Below, piece after piece: positions 9,424 through 18,725 of a stretch of DNA of 64,000 nucleotides. The DNA is from Bacteriovorax stolpii. Its GTDB lineage: Bacteria; Bdellovibrionota; Bacteriovoracia; Bacteriovoracales; Bacteriovoracaceae. Both the position numbers and the translations under genes were made by a program. The notes under the pieces are model-generated. The model was not told where the DNA came from and ran no database searches. It saw nothing but the letters and a program-made list of their open reading frames with translations. The stretch's first letter is position 1; each line of letters starts with the position of its first letter. The stretch is from positions 3,126 to 67,125 of the forward strand of contig CAMDQH010000008.1 in the NCBI GenBank assembly GCA_945905815.1, in the 5' to 3' direction.

Positions 9424-10402
9424 TGGCAAAGCCTACGTTAAGTACATCTGTGCCGAGATCTGCCTTAATAAACCAGCCTGGAACTAATCTTCTTAGAAGA
9501 GTTACACCAAAAACAGGGCCAGATTTTTCCAACTCATCAATCACGACTAATTCTTCATCGTTTTGAGCTGGAGAATTACTGGGCCCTTTACCAGCATCTG
9601 GACTTGAGACGGTCTGACTTTTAAATCCAATATAAGGCATGAAGTAAGTATATGCTGGGCCCTTAATGTTATATTTCAACCTAGCTGTCATTTGGTTTAC
9701 AAGGGTCTGACTCCCTTCAGCGGGATAGTTATCAATCAGAGATCTTCCGTAAACTCCTTCAACAAAATAATTATCAGTGAACTGATAAGACCAGGATAAG
9801 CCAAATAAAGGCGATTTAATTGTCCCGCCTCTGGATTCCACTTCATTTGCCTGAAAATACGAACCTGTAATTGCCACGATGTTGTCAGGCTTGATGTGTC
9901 GATTTTTATTTTCATCTAAGATTCCAAGGTCGTCATCTGAAACTACGTCACCGGTAAAAAGATCGTCTTCCGATTTAATTTTCGCAGTCGTGGGCTCCTC
10001 TACTTTTACTTCTGGTTTTTTCATAAAGAAAGAATCGTCACCTTTAACAATTTGTACTTCAATATTTCTTCTTAGTTTTGACCACTGGGAAACGGAATAT
10101 ATTTTTAGAATCTTGATCCCAACTTGACCCTGATGGGTTTTAGCCACCACCGCTCGAGCTGCCAGCTTGTCCTCCAGTGCCAAAGAGATAAAATCACCTG
10201 GACCGAGCTGCTGGTTATTATTTGTAAGAATAAAAATTTTCTTGGAACTGGAAATAATTTTTATTGTTTCGCTAAAAGACCCACTACTACCATCAGCTGC
10301 CATCGATAAATTAGCATCATCAACCAGTGATTGAGACCACAGCTGATTGGATAATCCAAGACATAGCATGAGGTAAATAATTTTAAATTGTAGTAATTTC
10401 AT
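9413..10402 (-). CDS. hypothetical outer-membrane protein (signal peptide, C-terminal beta-barrel-like region ending in F)
   Basis: 329 aa. Signal peptide MKLLQFKIIYLMLCLGLSNQLWS, alternating hydrophobic C-terminal strands, terminal ...GFAIEF. Confidence 0.5.
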   Translation of the reverse strand: MKLLQFKIIYLMLCLGLSNQLWSQSLVDDANLSMAADGSSGSFSETIKIISSSKKIFILTNNNQQLGPGDFISLALEDKLAARAVVAKTHQGQVGIKILKIYSVSQWSKLRRNIEVQIVKGDDSFFMKKPEVKVEEPTTAKIKSEDDLFTGDVVSDDDLGILDENKNRHIKPDNIVAITGSYFQANEVESRGGTIKSPLFGLSWSYQFTDNYFVEGVYGRSLIDNYPAEGSQTLVNQMTARLKYNIKGPAYTYFMPYIGFKSQTVSSPDAGKGPSNSPAQNDEELVVIDELEKSGPVFGVTLLRRLVPGWFIKADLGTDVLNVGFAIEF

Positions 10403-10535
10403 TCTCTAAAAATATTCTAAGTAAATAACGCAACAACTTCAATGTACTCGATTAAAATAAAAATTTGATCAATTGAGTCAAGCTTTGTGGCATAATTCAT
10501 ACTAACCTTTTTCGATGCAAATTCAGGAGACCAAT

Positions 10536-11210
10536 ATGTCAGATATGGCCTATCAGCGCTTAACTAGCGTTTCAAACCCTATGTTTGTAGTCGTTGCCGG
10601 AAATATTGGGAGCGGGAAGACTACGCTCACCAAAAAGCTTTCTGAGCGCTTGGGGTGGAAACCGCATTTTGAATCAGTTTCGGATAATCCCTATCTGGCC
10701 GACTTTTATAAAGACATGAGCAGATGGTCTTTCCCACTTCAGGTCTATTTTCTTACTCATAGATTCAATACACATAAACAAATTGAGACTTCTCCGGCCT
10801 CAAGTGTACAAGATAGATCAATCTATGAAGATGCTAATATTTTCGCCCGCGCTCTTTATGAGCAAGGCAATCTAGACGCACGTGATTATGAAAACTATCG
10901 AACACTTTTCGAATCTATGATCCAATATCTAAGTCCACCAACATTGATGATATTCTTAAAACGCTCAGTTCCTAAACTTCAGGAACGTATTAAGCAACGT
11001 GGCCGAGATTATGAACAAGCTATCCCTGTGGACTATCTCACTAGTCTTAACCACTACTATGATGACTGGTACGCCAACTACAATATGGGAAAATCTCTCA
11101 TTGTGGACACTGATGAACTAGATTTTCTGGACAATGAAGAGCATTTTGATCGGCTAGTTAAACGTATCTGGGATTCAATTGACCAAAAAGATATGTTTTT
11201 TTATTTTTAG
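10536..11210 (+). CDS. deoxynucleoside kinase (dAK/dGK family)
   Basis: P-loop GNIGSGKTTL, DNPYLADFY, SFPLQVYFL and DRSIYED motifs. ATG 10536 has an AGGAGA SD, whereas the track start is 10515. Confidence 0.85.
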   Translation: MSDMAYQRLTSVSNPMFVVVAGNIGSGKTTLTKKLSERLGWKPHFESVSDNPYLADFYKDMSRWSFPLQVYFLTHRFNTHKQIETSPASSVQDRSIYEDANIFARALYEQGNLDARDYENYRTLFESMIQYLSPPTLMIFLKRSVPKLQERIKQRGRDYEQAIPVDYLTSLNHYYDDWYANYNMGKSLIVDTDELDFLDNEEHFDRLVKRIWDSIDQKDMFFYF

Positions 11211-11291
11211 GTACTTAGCATAATTTTCCCACCCTAGTTTCATTTTGCAGATATAATACACTCATAAGAGTGTCATTATCAGGGAGTGAAA

Positions 11292-11939
11292 ATGAAACTA
11301 ATACCATGGTTGGTAATAATGTGTCTGGGTCTAGTAGGTTGCTCAGGTTCAAAAACAGCAAAACCAGTCAGCCAAGAAACACCTCAAATTGAATTATCAG
11401 ATGCTGATGAGTTTATTGAAAATCCAAGTGAACAACCAGCTGCTACCGAAGAAATTACTGCTGAAGAGCCAGTAGTTGCGGAAGCCTCAGACATTTCAGA
11501 GATGAATACCCCTGTCTCAGAGATGAATACTCCTGTAATTGATAACACTACAGGTGGTTCAGAACAAACATATAAGGTTCAGAAAAATGAAACGCTAATG
11601 ATGATAGCGTTCAAGCTATATGGTGACTACGGCAAGTGGAAATCACTCGCTAATTATAACCGTGAAACACTCAAAGGCAGTACTGTTGTTACCAACGGAA
11701 TGACTCTTAAATACATGGCACCAGCCGAGGAATTTGTGTGGAATCCTCAGGGGCTCCCATATCTTATAAGAACAGGCGATACACTTGGAACAGTTTCAAA
11801 GACAGTTTATGAAACGCCAAAAAAATGGAAGCTTATCTGGGATAATAACCGTCCTTTGATTAAAGATGCCAATAAGATTTTTGCGGGTTTTACACTCTAT
11901 TACCTAGAAAGCGGTCGTGACGTCGCAACTGAAATCTAA
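11292..11939 (+). CDS. LysM-domain lipoprotein (two LysM repeats)
   Basis: Lipobox LGLVGC. LysM-like YKVQKNETLMMIAFKLYG and YLIRTGDTLGTVSKTVY. GGAG SD before ATG 11292 (the track starts at GTG 11286). Confidence 0.8.
   Translation: MKLIPWLVIMCLGLVGCSGSKTAKPVSQETPQIELSDADEFIENPSEQPAATEEITAEEPVVAEASDISEMNTPVSEMNTPVIDNTTGGSEQTYKVQKNETLMMIAFKLYGDYGKWKSLANYNRETLKGSTVVTNGMTLKYMAPAEEFVWNPQGLPYLIRTGDTLGTVSKTVYETPKKWKLIWDNNRPLIKDANKIFAGFTLYYLESGRDVATEI
11496..11537 (+). repeat. 2 x 21-nt in-frame tandem duplication (SEMNTPV x2) inside the LysM lipoprotein linker
   Basis: tcagagatgaatacccctgtc / tcagagatgaatactcctgta, 19 of 21 identical. Confidence 0.9.
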
Positions 11940-12744
11940 TCACTATTCAATCCTGACATACTTGAAACCCTTGCGCCTAGCAGGGGTTTTCTATTTTACG
12001 TTGCTGCTACTTTTGTGGTCTTGCTCTAGTAAAACTTCTAAAAATATAAATCTTGCAATTGGATACAGGCCAATGTCTATTCAGGATTATGAGGATCATC
12101 TTGCAGCTCTAAAACAACCGTTCCTTAATAGTTCTGGAATCAAAACATATAAGATGGATGATGCCACTCAAAAGTATATTGAAAGTTTAATAAGTGACAT
12201 TATCGCAAATAATGAAATTTTCTTTAAGAAATTAAAAAAAGGAAAGATCACGATCATTGATACTGAGGCACCTGTTCACTTTTCGCTGCCCAAAGGTATA
12301 ATCTTTATATCACGCGGCTTAATTACAAAATATTTGAAAACTGAAAGTATGCTTGCATGCGTTCTATCCTATGAACTAGTAAGAAGCGAAAAATTGCTTT
12401 ATCCGCGACAAACGATGGTACCAATTGGCTACGTGACAATGGAAAAGATGCTACATCTTGGGCGACTTTCCTTAGATGAGAAAATGGAAGTTCATAAATG
12501 GGCCCATCATTTAACAGTTCGAAGTGGATTTGATGGTGAATATTATTTATCCTGGTTACAGGCACAAAATAGAAACACGGCAGATTTTATTTATCAGGTT
12601 GGTGACGCTAACCAAATTGCAAGAGAGGAATCTTTATTTAAAGCATTCCTAATAAAATCAAATGATGAAGAACAAGTAAATCCTAAAAAAAAATCAAGTA
12701 AAGACTTTTATACATTTATAAACCGTGTCCGGGATGTTTTATGA
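11917..12744 (+). CDS. hypothetical lipoprotein, possible degenerate M48-like fold
   Basis: 275 aa. Hydrophobic leader ending LLLLWSC. MLACVLSYELVRSEK sits where M48 peptidases have xxAVLAHELGH, so both His are missing. The start is uncertain (GTG 11917 or TTG 11962). Confidence 0.4.
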   Translation: MTSQLKSNHYSILTYLKPLRLAGVFYFTLLLLLWSCSSKTSKNINLAIGYRPMSIQDYEDHLAALKQPFLNSSGIKTYKMDDATQKYIESLISDIIANNEIFFKKLKKGKITIIDTEAPVHFSLPKGIIFISRGLITKYLKTESMLACVLSYELVRSEKLLYPRQTMVPIGYVTMEKMLHLGRLSLDEKMEVHKWAHHLTVRSGFDGEYYLSWLQAQNRNTADFIYQVGDANQIAREESLFKAFLIKSNDEEQVNPKKKSSKDFYTFINRVRDVL

Positions 12745-13772
12745 AACCAGAACAAGCAGAAAGATTTTTCATTGAAGAGCTCTTCAATAAAACTCAAGAT
12801 AAAAACATTCTTAGCCAAGAAAAACTGGACGAGGTTGATAAATTAACTGGAGACGCCTCTACGCGAAGGTATTATCGAATTTTTACAAATAAAGATAGTT
12901 ACGTAGTTTGTCTGGATAATTCCTTTAATGAGGAATTGGAAAAACATCCATTCATTTCTGTTCAACAATTTTTAGAACAAAACAAAATCAGGGTTCCAGC
13001 TGTTCTTGACCATAATTTGTCTCGGGGCTATTTGCTTGAAGAAGACCTTGGCAATGAAACCCTACTCCATCACATCTCAGGGATTAAAACATCGGAAGAA
13101 GAATATAAGATATATAAAATCATTATTGATCAATTACTCGAACTTCACAGAATACCAGGCGCTGCAGTCAAAAATCCAAATTTGTTTCAGTTAAAGTTTG
13201 ATCACCAGAAATTCATGGATGAAACGAGATTTACTTTTAAGTATTTTTTTAATTTTTTCAATAAGTGCCAGGATGAAATTTTAATAAGTGACCTTGAAAA
13301 TTTGTTTGACCCTATAATGAAAAGATTGTCTGAACAGAAAATGGTTATCACACATAGAGATTTTCACTCTAGAAATATCATGGTCAAAGACAATAAGTAT
13401 GTTTTTATTGATTTTCAAGACGCTCGTTGGGGAATTCCCCAGTATGATCTTGTTTCTCTGCTTGAGGATTGCTATTACGATCTAAAAGATGAAAACCGTC
13501 AAAAACTTAAACGTTACTACTATGACAATTTAGATCAATCGATTCATGGTCAAAAGACCTTTGAGGAATTTGATTCGCTCTACCAAGACATGACTATTCA
13601 GCGTGTCTTCAAGGCCGTCGGCAGTTTTTGTTATATTTATAATTGGCGTAAAGATGATCGATACTTAAAATACATTGGTTTTGCCATGGAGAAAATTCGT
13701 CGAACCATGATGGATAATCCTCGCTATGCCGAATTAAAAACTAAACTATTTCAAAATTATTATGCAAATTGA
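12741..13772 (+). CDS. amgK: aminoglycoside-phosphotransferase-fold kinase, AmgK-like (anomeric MurNAc/GlcNAc kinase candidate)
   Basis: 343 aa. Motifs GDASTRRYYRI, HRDFHSRNIMV and IDFQDARWG. Immediately followed by, and overlapping, a nucleotidyltransferase, as in amgK-murU pairs. Confidence 0.65.
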   Translation: MKPEQAERFFIEELFNKTQDKNILSQEKLDEVDKLTGDASTRRYYRIFTNKDSYVVCLDNSFNEELEKHPFISVQQFLEQNKIRVPAVLDHNLSRGYLLEEDLGNETLLHHISGIKTSEEEYKIYKIIIDQLLELHRIPGAAVKNPNLFQLKFDHQKFMDETRFTFKYFFNFFNKCQDEILISDLENLFDPIMKRLSEQKMVITHRDFHSRNIMVKDNKYVFIDFQDARWGIPQYDLVSLLEDCYYDLKDENRQKLKRYYYDNLDQSIHGQKTFEEFDSLYQDMTIQRVFKAVGSFCYIYNWRKDDRYLKYIGFAMEKIRRTMMDNPRYAELKTKLFQNYYAN

Positions 13773-14715
13773 TTATTGCCTAATTCTTGCGGCGGGCTTT
13801 GGAACTCGCATGGGAACAATAGGACAAAAACTTCCAAAGGTCTTGTGGCCTGTGTTTGAAAAAAGCCTTCTTGAGCTTCAAGTTGCATATGCCCGCTCAT
13901 TAGGAGCAAAGAAGATTTATATAAATCTTCACTACATGGGCGAGGAAATTGAAAAGTTTTGCAAAAGCAAATCGGCTTTTGAAGATGTCATCTTTCTTTG
14001 GGAGAAACCTATTGTTTTAGATATTGGCGGAGCAATTCATAATCTTGCAGCCTTACCTGATATTAAATACAGTGGAAAACTTCTGGTTTTAAATGCCGAT
14101 CAGTTTTTTTATATAAAAAAAGATGAACTTGAAAAAATTGTAGCTCCTTTTATAAAATCCCCTGGAGTTCTGTTCTCATATTTTGTAAATAGCACTCAGG
14201 GCTACAACGCACTGGAACTTAATACAAAACGAGAATTGAAAGGCATTACACAAAACAATGATCTGCCAAAAGATTCTGTCATTGAAACATATACTGGTAT
14301 TTCCTATATAGATCTGGCACAGCTAGATCCTGTCGTAGGTGTAAGCGCTTTTTTTGATAGTGTCTGTCCTTTCAAGAAAAAGGCAATACCTGCAATTTTA
14401 CTGGATAATGTTGATTATTGGGACTTTGGTACCTTTAAAAGATATTGGGATACATCTTTTAAAATTCTTGAAACCTATTCGGTAAATTCAAATCACCCAT
14501 TTTTAAGATTCTTAGTAAATGAAAGGGCGATGAAAACCTGGAAAATAGATCTACTCAAATTTTCCTACAATTCTAAAACACCAAGAGTTATAAATCTCGC
14601 TGAAGATGTTTATTCCCAGGAGACTTATCCTGCAATTTTTCTTAGCTCCACTTCAGCAAAAAAAATAAATGCAAATATGATTTGGTGGAAAGACCTAAGC
14701 GAGGAAGTTAAGTAG
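13762..14715 (+). CDS. murU: sugar-1-phosphate nucleotidyltransferase, MurU-like, with C-terminal extension
   Basis: N-terminal LILAAGFGTRMG...LPKVLWPV NTP-transferase signature. Its start overlaps the kinase gene by 11 nt. Confidence 0.6.
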   Translation: MQIDYCLILAAGFGTRMGTIGQKLPKVLWPVFEKSLLELQVAYARSLGAKKIYINLHYMGEEIEKFCKSKSAFEDVIFLWEKPIVLDIGGAIHNLAALPDIKYSGKLLVLNADQFFYIKKDELEKIVAPFIKSPGVLFSYFVNSTQGYNALELNTKRELKGITQNNDLPKDSVIETYTGISYIDLAQLDPVVGVSAFFDSVCPFKKKAIPAILLDNVDYWDFGTFKRYWDTSFKILETYSVNSNHPFLRFLVNERAMKTWKIDLLKFSYNSKTPRVINLAEDVYSQETYPAIFLSSTSAKKINANMIWWKDLSEEVK

Positions 14716-14914
14716 TTTTTAACTCTTTGATACAATCAACTGGACATGCCTCGATACAAAGTCCACACAGAGTGCAGCTCCAAGAATCAATGGAATAATC
14801 AATCCCATTGCTAATAACTGCATTTTCCGGACAAACAAGCCGACAATTGTCACAGGCAATGCAAATGGACGAGATTTCTAAAGAAATATGAGTCATAATG
14901 ATAGTATAGGGCAA
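14708..14914 (-). CDS. 2x[4Fe-4S] ferredoxin
   Basis: 68 aa with CIACDNCRLVCP and CTLCGLCIEACP. Confidence 0.85.
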   Translation of the reverse strand: MPYTIIMTHISLEISSICIACDNCRLVCPENAVISNGIDYSIDSWSCTLCGLCIEACPVDCIKELKTT

Positions 14915-14921
14915 AAATGAT

Positions 14922-15650
14922 ATGGAACAATTGAAAGTAAGAAAGAAAGATGTGCTGGTATTAAACCTGATTATTTTTCTGGTTCTTTCATTTATGTTTC
15001 TTTATCTTCAGTATGCCTACCGCCACCATTTATCACCATTTTCCATGGCCTATTTTAAGAAAAGTTTTGAGCTTTTTTGGTACGCCTTGTTACCACTAGC
15101 AACTTGTATATTGTTAGTCTGGAAACACAGTAGATGGTCCATCTCGGTATATTCTTTTTGCGCCTTCCTGGTAACTTACAAAGTAGTCGAGGGCCTGTTT
15201 CTTGAATTCAACAAGATTATTGTTATAACTCTTTTTTGTTATACAGTGATAGCTTACTTTCTTTATCAGCTTTACCGCTATTATCTTTCCCTTGCGAGCT
15301 TGAACGCAAATTACTCTTCAAACGACCTCTTTGGTCCATTATTAAAAGATTTACCCTGTTTGGTTACAATTGAGTCTACTGAATTCTCAGGCCACCTTAC
15401 CAATTGGGACGAAGAAGGCTGTTTTGTTCAACTATCTAAAGCAGCAATACTTTCTACTAGAGTAAATGTAATTATCCAGTTTAAAGGCCGAAGTTTTGAA
15501 CAAATAGGGGAACTTGTTGCTCACTCTGTTGATTTAACGGGTATAGGAATAAAATTTGGAAAAGCCCCTAAAGGCTTGAATGTATTTAATTGGGCTGAGT
15601 TCAACGAATTGATCGATGAACTGGGCTTTAAACCAGAAAGGTTACGATGA
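14922..15650 (+). CDS. polytopic membrane protein with soluble C-terminal domain (weak PilZ-like pattern)
   Basis: 242 aa, about 4 TM helices. The C-terminal part reads LVTIESTEFSGHLTNWDEEGCFVQL...GIGIKF. No RxxxR motif seen. Confidence 0.4.
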   Translation: MEQLKVRKKDVLVLNLIIFLVLSFMFLYLQYAYRHHLSPFSMAYFKKSFELFWYALLPLATCILLVWKHSRWSISVYSFCAFLVTYKVVEGLFLEFNKIIVITLFCYTVIAYFLYQLYRYYLSLASLNANYSSNDLFGPLLKDLPCLVTIESTEFSGHLTNWDEEGCFVQLSKAAILSTRVNVIIQFKGRSFEQIGELVAHSVDLTGIGIKFGKAPKGLNVFNWAEFNELIDELGFKPERLR

Positions 15651-16087
15651 AACTGCTAGTTTTCACTTTTTTATTGATCATGGCCTCATGTATGAAAAAT
15701 GAATTGAGTCCTGAAGCGGCACTAAAAGATTTCGTCGATTCAAGAATTGGGAACGTCGTTAGTCGAGATTTTGTTTTAGAGAAGGTAACAGGCAAAATGT
15801 TACAAAGCTTTCAAAACATGTCAGATCTGGACTTTGAGAAATTCGCTGACATGAAAAATATCAAATCCGAAAGTTTTAAAATTTTGTCCAAGTCTTGCCA
15901 GTCCTCTAAGTGCTTTATCACCTATTCAATAAGTTATCTTACAAAAACCAATGATAAGGCCACATTCTCTTCAGAAGTTAAGAAAATTGCAGAATTGGTA
16001 CAAGTCGATAACAAGTGGTTGATTGCTGATGTTAGTAATATAAAAACCTACCATGAAAGTCTTGAACCGATTAATCCTCTTGAATAA
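15647..16087 (+). CDS. hypothetical lipoprotein
   Basis: 146 aa. ATGA start overlap with the upstream gene. Lipobox LIMASC. Confidence 0.55.
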   Translation: MKLLVFTFLLIMASCMKNELSPEAALKDFVDSRIGNVVSRDFVLEKVTGKMLQSFQNMSDLDFEKFADMKNIKSESFKILSKSCQSSKCFITYSISYLTKTNDKATFSSEVKKIAELVQVDNKWLIADVSNIKTYHESLEPINPLE

Positions 16088-16130
16088 AGAAATTCTAAAC
16101 ATCATCCGATAAAGGTTATGGAGACAATCT

Positions 16131-16553
16131 ATGTCGAGTAAGGATTTTGTATCATTTTTAGTTGATGAAACTCTCAAACTACAAAAAAGTGGTGAAGTAG
16201 AGCTATCCAGCCTTGAACTCAAACTTACTGACTATGGCCTAGATTTTCTGAAAGGGGAGTTCATCCCGCAAACTCAAATTCTTCGATTCAAAACACCGTT
16301 CGGGAATTTGGATGTACCAATAAACTGGTCAATATTTTCAATTGAGAATTCTCTCGCTCAGTTCACCATACTGGATGAGAAAAACGACGTGGATAATTTC
16401 TTTTTGATCATTAAAATGGCCTGGAAGCAATCGATAGAAAAAATGCTCATAACTCATGATGATGGCTTCTGTTACATCATTGGCCTTAAACAAGGTGAAG
16501 AAGTCCATCTTCACGATCTTCTCAATCCACAAATTTGGTTAAAATCTGCTTAG
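16131..16553 (+). CDS. hypothetical protein
   Basis: 140 aa with a GGAGA SD. No recognisable motif. Confidence 0.5.
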   Translation: MSSKDFVSFLVDETLKLQKSGEVELSSLELKLTDYGLDFLKGEFIPQTQILRFKTPFGNLDVPINWSIFSIENSLAQFTILDEKNDVDNFFLIIKMAWKQSIEKMLITHDDGFCYIIGLKQGEEVHLHDLLNPQIWLKSA

Positions 16554-16565
16554 ACATCAAGATAA

Positions 16566-16596
16566 TAAAAAAAAGCCCCGCATTCGCAGGGCTTTA
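16566..16596. terminator. bidirectional terminator (stronger on the minus strand)
   Basis: A run, then AGCCCCGC-ATTC-GCAGGGCT, then TTT. Read on the minus strand it is followed by a T8 run. Confidence 0.65.
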
Positions 16597-16621
16597 GTAA
16601 GTATCTTATTTGAATTATGTA

Positions 16622-17458
16622 TTACAGTGCAATGTAGTACTGTTTCAACATAGCTGCATCCACTTCCAAGTTTGGAGAGTTACAAACTACATATCCACGA
16701 CAGTCCATATCTTTAAGCGCTTTCATGAGTTCTTTCCAGTTGAATTTAGACTTCTCTAAGTTCAAATGTTTTAAGTCTCCCTTAGAGTTTGAACTGATCC
16801 CTGAAATATGAATATGCATCTCAGAAAGTGCTTTTGCACCAAGTTCATTTTTCAATGTCTCAAGTGTTTCACAAAAACCCTTATAGTCATTCACTGAACC
16901 TGTACGAGCGTAGAGGTGAGAGAAGTCCATGCAAGGCTTACAGCTAGTTACTGACTTAGAAAGGCTTATTAACTCTTCTAGTGAACCAAATTGAGACGTC
17001 TTACCCGTAAGTTCAGGACGAAGTTCAATTTCGATATCAAGTCTTGAAAGTCTTTCTTCAATTACGTTGAGAGATTTTTCTACCAGATCAAAAACATCAT
17101 ACGGAGAATCTTTCATGTAGAAAGCAGCGTGGAAGGTCATAGATTCAGCACCACAAAGATCAGAGATCTTGGCAGTCTGAATGATGCGCTCTACTGATGA
17201 GTCAATCTTATCCTGTTCGCGAGCATTCAAATTGATATAGTAAGGTCCATGTGAAGTAAGTGGAACACCTAGCTCGTAAGAAACCTTACGAAGCGCAGAA
17301 GAAACCTCTTCTTTCATACGTACACCGTGTGCAAACTCAAGTTGCATACAATCAAGACCCAATTCATGAATGCGCTTAACGCCTTCAACTGGGTTGTTCT
17401 TCTTGGCGGTACTGTTAGGAACACCAGCAGTACCAAATAATAAACGTTCAAAAGCCAT
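16622..17458 (-). CDS. xylose-isomerase-like TIM-barrel protein (AP endonuclease family 2 / endonuclease IV-like)
   Basis: 278 aa. FGTAGVP N-terminus, and His/Glu/Asp spacing typical of the family (HGPYYINL, MTFHAAF, RPELTG, MHIHISG). Confidence 0.6.
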   Translation of the reverse strand: MAFERLLFGTAGVPNSTAKKNNPVEGVKRIHELGLDCMQLEFAHGVRMKEEVSSALRKVSYELGVPLTSHGPYYINLNAREQDKIDSSVERIIQTAKISDLCGAESMTFHAAFYMKDSPYDVFDLVEKSLNVIEERLSRLDIEIELRPELTGKTSQFGSLEELISLSKSVTSCKPCMDFSHLYARTGSVNDYKGFCETLETLKNELGAKALSEMHIHISGISSNSKGDLKHLNLEKSKFNWKELMKALKDMDCRGYVVCNSPNLEVDAAMLKQYYIAL

Positions 17459-17481
17459 TGGAAACTCCTCAGACTAAACAA

Positions 17482-17736
17482 CTAAAATATTTTATTCACC
17501 CACGTATCAATTTCTTTTAAACATCCCTGGCAGCCTTGCCCGAGATTAAACTTATCCTGCACAGTCTTTAGGTCGAAGGCTTGGCTAGGGCGGCATACAT
17601 CTCTAATGTCGGCCACATTTACACAAAAGCACTCACATATAAGAACTTCGCCATCAAGTTTTTCTGTTGATGAGATTAATTCATCAACTCGATCAATTTG
17701 ATTCAGAATTTCTTTATCCATACCTAGCTTTGTCAC
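17482..17736 (-). CDS. BFD-like [2Fe-2S]-binding protein
   Basis: 84 aa. The CxC...CxxC pattern (CECFC ... CQGC) is typical of the bacterioferritin-associated ferredoxin domain. Confidence 0.6.
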   Translation of the reverse strand: MTKLGMDKEILNQIDRVDELISSTEKLDGEVLICECFCVNVADIRDVCRPSQAFDLKTVQDKFNLGQGCQGCLKEIDTWVNKIF

Positions 17737-17903
17737 AATGCAAAATAAATCTTAACAAGATCTAAAAAGAGTTACTGGTTTATAGCCCCTGCCCGAATTT
17801 TTGTCCACGAGAAAGCCTTTAGGGTGTAATAAAGTAATGCAAATAAGAATTATGAAGTGATAAACTACCTATAACCCTGCAAAATATTTGGGCTTTAAGC
17901 ACT

Positions 17904-18725
17904 ATGCGCGTGACACTTTTTATACTCATTGTGAGCTGTTTACTCGGGGGAATCCTATGGATAAGCCTAAGTGGTTTATTTCTGCTCTTTGGATTGATAA
18001 TCCTTCTTGTATTTATTGTAATTTTAACAAGTTACACGGACACAGCAATCCTCTTTTTCTTAGGTGCAAGAGAAGTAAGAAGTTCAGATGAGGCGACTTT
18101 TCATGCAGCGGCAGTTCAGGAAGCATACAAGTTGTCCGTCGCAAGGCCCAAATTATATTATTACAATGGTACGTTGGAGCGGGCCTTCGTATTTCAGAAC
18201 AAAAAAATAATAAGCATAGTACTTAGTAAAGAGCTTCTAGCGATTTGTAACAAAGAAGAACTTTCAGCAATTTGTTTTGAATTATTGATACAGGTTAAAA
18301 AAAATCTAGCTTCAAAGAGAACGAAAGTAATGTTCCTAATAGGGATGGCAAATTGGTTATCTTATGCCTCGCTTGAGTTATTAACAAAAATTGTGCCCAA
18401 TACAGAATTTAAACAGTCGATGAATTGGTTGTTGTATTATCTTCTTAACCCTTGGCGTGAACTTTTTTTCAAGCTTACTCTTGGTGAAAAATATTTCAAA
18501 AAACTTGAAACAATAATTAAGGACTATCAGTTGGAAAGCAGCCTGCTAAACAAGGTGTGTTCAAAACTAAATAGGAGCCACGAGATTTACTCACTTCCAA
18601 GTCGTAAGCTTATTGAGTTTTCATCTGCAAATAAGAGTCTGCATTATCAAAATATAATATCTCTAGAGCTTTTGCCTCATGAATGGGACGTCTTCTTTCT
18701 TCCTAAGACGGAGGACCGTGTTTAA
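17904..18725 (+). CDS. membrane protein, possible degenerate M48/HtpX-like fold
   Basis: 273 aa with two N-terminal TM helices. EELSAICFELLIQVKK sits where M48 has ELxAVxAHELGH, so both His are lost. First gene of the apparent operon with the kinase. Confidence 0.4.
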   Translation: MRVTLFILIVSCLLGGILWISLSGLFLLFGLIILLVFIVILTSYTDTAILFFLGAREVRSSDEATFHAAAVQEAYKLSVARPKLYYYNGTLERAFVFQNKKIISIVLSKELLAICNKEELSAICFELLIQVKKNLASKRTKVMFLIGMANWLSYASLELLTKIVPNTEFKQSMNWLLYYLLNPWRELFFKLTLGEKYFKKLETIIKDYQLESSLLNKVCSKLNRSHEIYSLPSRKLIEFSSANKSLHYQNIISLELLPHEWDVFFLPKTEDRV

